Virus record (IMG/VR): IMGVR_UViG_3300045933_000271
Location: 1 to 54,299 of that record
From: a virus
Lineage: Duplodnaviria > Caudoviricetes
Reading direction: 5' to 3' (one strand)
Length of the DNA stretch: 54,299 nt
Shown here: one piece after another, positions 52,859 through 54,299 of the stretch
Position numbering within the stretch: position 1 is the stretch's first letter
Layout of the letters: every line of letters begins with the position of its first letter
The notes under the pieces: model-generated
Told to the model about the DNA's origin: nothing
Database searches by the model: none
Seen by the model: the letters and a program-made list of their open reading frames with translations, nothing else
Made by a program: the position numbers and the translations under genes

Positions 52859-54299
52859 TTAGGGAAGGTCAGGGTCTTCCTCGACGCTGCCGTCGTTATC
52901 CCGGCGCGGGCGCCTCGAAGGCTTCCCCCCCCCCTCGTCCTTCGCCTTCTCGATGGCGGCGATCGCGCGGTCGATCTCCCCCAGCTCGGGGATCTGGGCG
53001 AGCAGCTCGCTGCGCCTGGCCGTCAGCGCGTTGAGCGCGATGTCGAAGCCCCTGGCCGCGCCGTTCGAATGCTGCTTCACCGCCAGCCTGGCCCGTCGCG
53101 CGGCCGCGGGGCCCTTGGGCTTGCGGCCGCGCCTGGGCTTCGCCTGGCCCGGGTGCTCATGCCGCCGATGAGCCCCGAGCGCCTGCGGGTTCTTGAATTC
53201 CATCCCCGGGCACTTCTCGCACTTGAGATCCGCCACGATCGCCTCCTTCGCCACATCCGCCACCACATCGGCCTCCACCGCGGCGACAGGCGCCGAGCCG
53301 TCGCAGAGCGCGATGGAGCCGTTCCGTCCTTCTCGTTTGCCGTTGGGAGTGAATTGCATTCCGAACCTCCCCGCCCGGGTCGCGCCGGCGAGGAGCGTGC
53401 CGTGGACGTGGTGCCGCCTCTTGAGGATGGCCAACGCCTTGTGCTCGACCTGCCGGACCCGTTGACGGCTGACACCGATTTCCTGGCCGACCTCGTCGAG
53501 GGTGCGGGGCACCTTGCCGTCGAGACCGTAGCGACGAACGAGAATCAGCTTCTCACGATTGCTCAGCCCGATGAGGATGCCAGCGAGCTCCTCCTTCGCG
53601 AGGACCTGGTCGGGCTCCTCCGGAGCTGCCAGAAGGCTCGCGATCGTATTGTCGCCGTCGCTGCTCGCGGCCACCTGGTCCATGCTGACCGTCCGCGCGG
53701 ACGACCTGGCCAGGACCAGGTCGAGGGTTCCTCGACCGATCTTGAGCTCCTTCTCGATGTCCTCCGGTTGCCAGCCGTCGAGCAGAAGCTTCCGGGCCTT
53801 GCTGATGTTCGCGCGCACGCCCTCGGGAACCGCGACCACGTGGGCCTGGTGCGAGTACCGCATGAGGAATTGCCGGATCCACCAGATGGCGTAGGTGGAG
53901 AACCTGAAGCCTTTCGACGGGTCGAAGAGCTCGGCCGCTCGGATCAGGCCCAGGTTGCCTTCCTGGATCAGGTCCATCTCGCGCGAGCGGTTGTGGGCGC
54001 GACGCTTCCGGACGAGGGATACGACCAGCCGAAGATTACTCTCGACGAGGAGCTTCTTGGCGTCGTCTGCCCTGGGTCCGTCGGCCTGGATCAGCCTCCC
54101 GAGTGCGACCTCTGCCTCGTGCGTCAGGAGACTACGCCCGGCCGATTCCTGACAGTACGCCTCGATCTGGTCGCGGCTCTTGCCGATCGGCTCACCGCTC
54201 ACCCGAGCATGCCGGTCCAGAAGATGGATGCCAAGCCTCTCGATGGAGCCGGTGTCTTCCTTGCACTGAGGGCAGAGAATCCGCCGCCCAGCCGCCTCT
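52859..54299 (-). CDS. Phage sigma-70 family factor flanked by two C2H2 zinc fingers (starts at position 21 across the junction, about 482 aa)
   Basis: Region 1.2 LLTHEAEVAL; region 2 NLRLVV, DLIQEGNLGLIRA, FDPSKGFRFSTYAIWWIRQ; region 4 RTLDEVGQEIGVSRQRVRQVE; fingers CPQC..H..H and CEKC..H..H. Confidence 0.92.
   Translation of the reverse strand, partial: EAAGRRILCPQCKEDTGSIERLGIHLLDRHARVSGEPIGKSRDQIEAYCQESAGRSLLTHEAEVALGRLIQADGPRADDAKKLLVESNLRLVVSLVRKRRAHNRSREMDLIQEGNLGLIRAAELFDPSKGFRFSTYAIWWIRQFLMRYSHQAHVVAVPEGVRANISKARKLLLDGWQPEDIEKELKIGRGTLDLVLARSSARTVSMDQVAASSDGDNTIASLLAAPEEPDQVLAKEELAGILIGLSNREKLILVRRYGLDGKVPRTLDEVGQEIGVSRQRVRQVEHKALAILKRRHHVHGTLLAGATRAGRFGMQFTPNGKREGRNGSIALCDGSAPVAAVEADVVADVAKEAIVADLKCEKCPGMEFKNPQALGAHRRHEHPGQAKPRRGRKPKGPAAARRARLAVKQHSNGAARGFDIALNALTARRSELLAQIPELGEIDRAIAAIEKAKDEGGGKPSRRPRRDNDGSVEEDPDLP
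54287..54299 (+). repeat. Terminal direct repeat / circular overlap (copy 2)
   Basis: Identical to 1..13. Confidence 0.95.

Larger units (their letters stand above)
1..54299. mobile_element. Complete circularly permuted temperate tailed-phage genome (siphovirus-like)
   Basis: Terminase, portal, protease, capsid, tail, tape measure, recombinase and replication modules all present; no host housekeeping genes; 13-bp terminal overlap and an ORF that reads across the junction. Confidence 0.95.

Noticed and set aside
537-53171. Many long plus-strand ORFs (e.g. 537..2003, 3745..5439, 20525..22390, 32750..34807, 46657..49068)
   Set aside because: Antisense shadows of real minus-strand genes in high-GC DNA; no motifs or RBS

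Overview
The window looks like one complete, circularly permuted genome (~54,286 bp) of a GC-rich temperate tailed phage with a siphovirus-like tail. The first and last 13 bases are identical (CCCAGCCGCCTCT), and joining them restores a sigma-70-family gene in frame, including an N-terminal C2H2 zinc finger. Almost all genes lie on the minus strand in one run. It starts at an early promoter near 8.55 kb and covers recombination/replication genes (AAA_24 ATPase, DUF669, SF2 helicase, PD-(D/E)XK nuclease, ParB). Across the junction come sigma, XRE regulator, RuvC, DnaB/RepA helicase, a putative origin and a HerA-like ATPase, then terminase, Mu-like portal and protease, gpE-like capsid, tail (with a G/GT -1 frameshift), fibres, a putative lysis cassette and glycosylation enzymes. 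A mostly plus-strand island (9.0-13.6 kb) holds a XerC/D-like recombinase, a convergent PemK-like/Panacea toxin-antitoxin pair, a non-canonical tRNA and a secreted moron. The most unusual signals are: (i) four dispersed copies of a 16-bp palindrome GTGCAGACGTCTGCAC in a ParB-encoding, ParA-less phage (candidate new parS); (ii) a pseudoknot/switch-like RNA starting at the predicted early +1 where a CI repressor would be expected; (iii) a long-variable-arm tRNA with an 8-nt anticodon loop; (iv) a sigma factor flanked by two C2H2 zinc fingers; (v) an orphan CheY-like receiver inside the putative lysis cassette, with no recognisable endolysin. A Planctomycetota host is an inference from remembered protein motifs only. 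All family calls are by eye, with no database searches.
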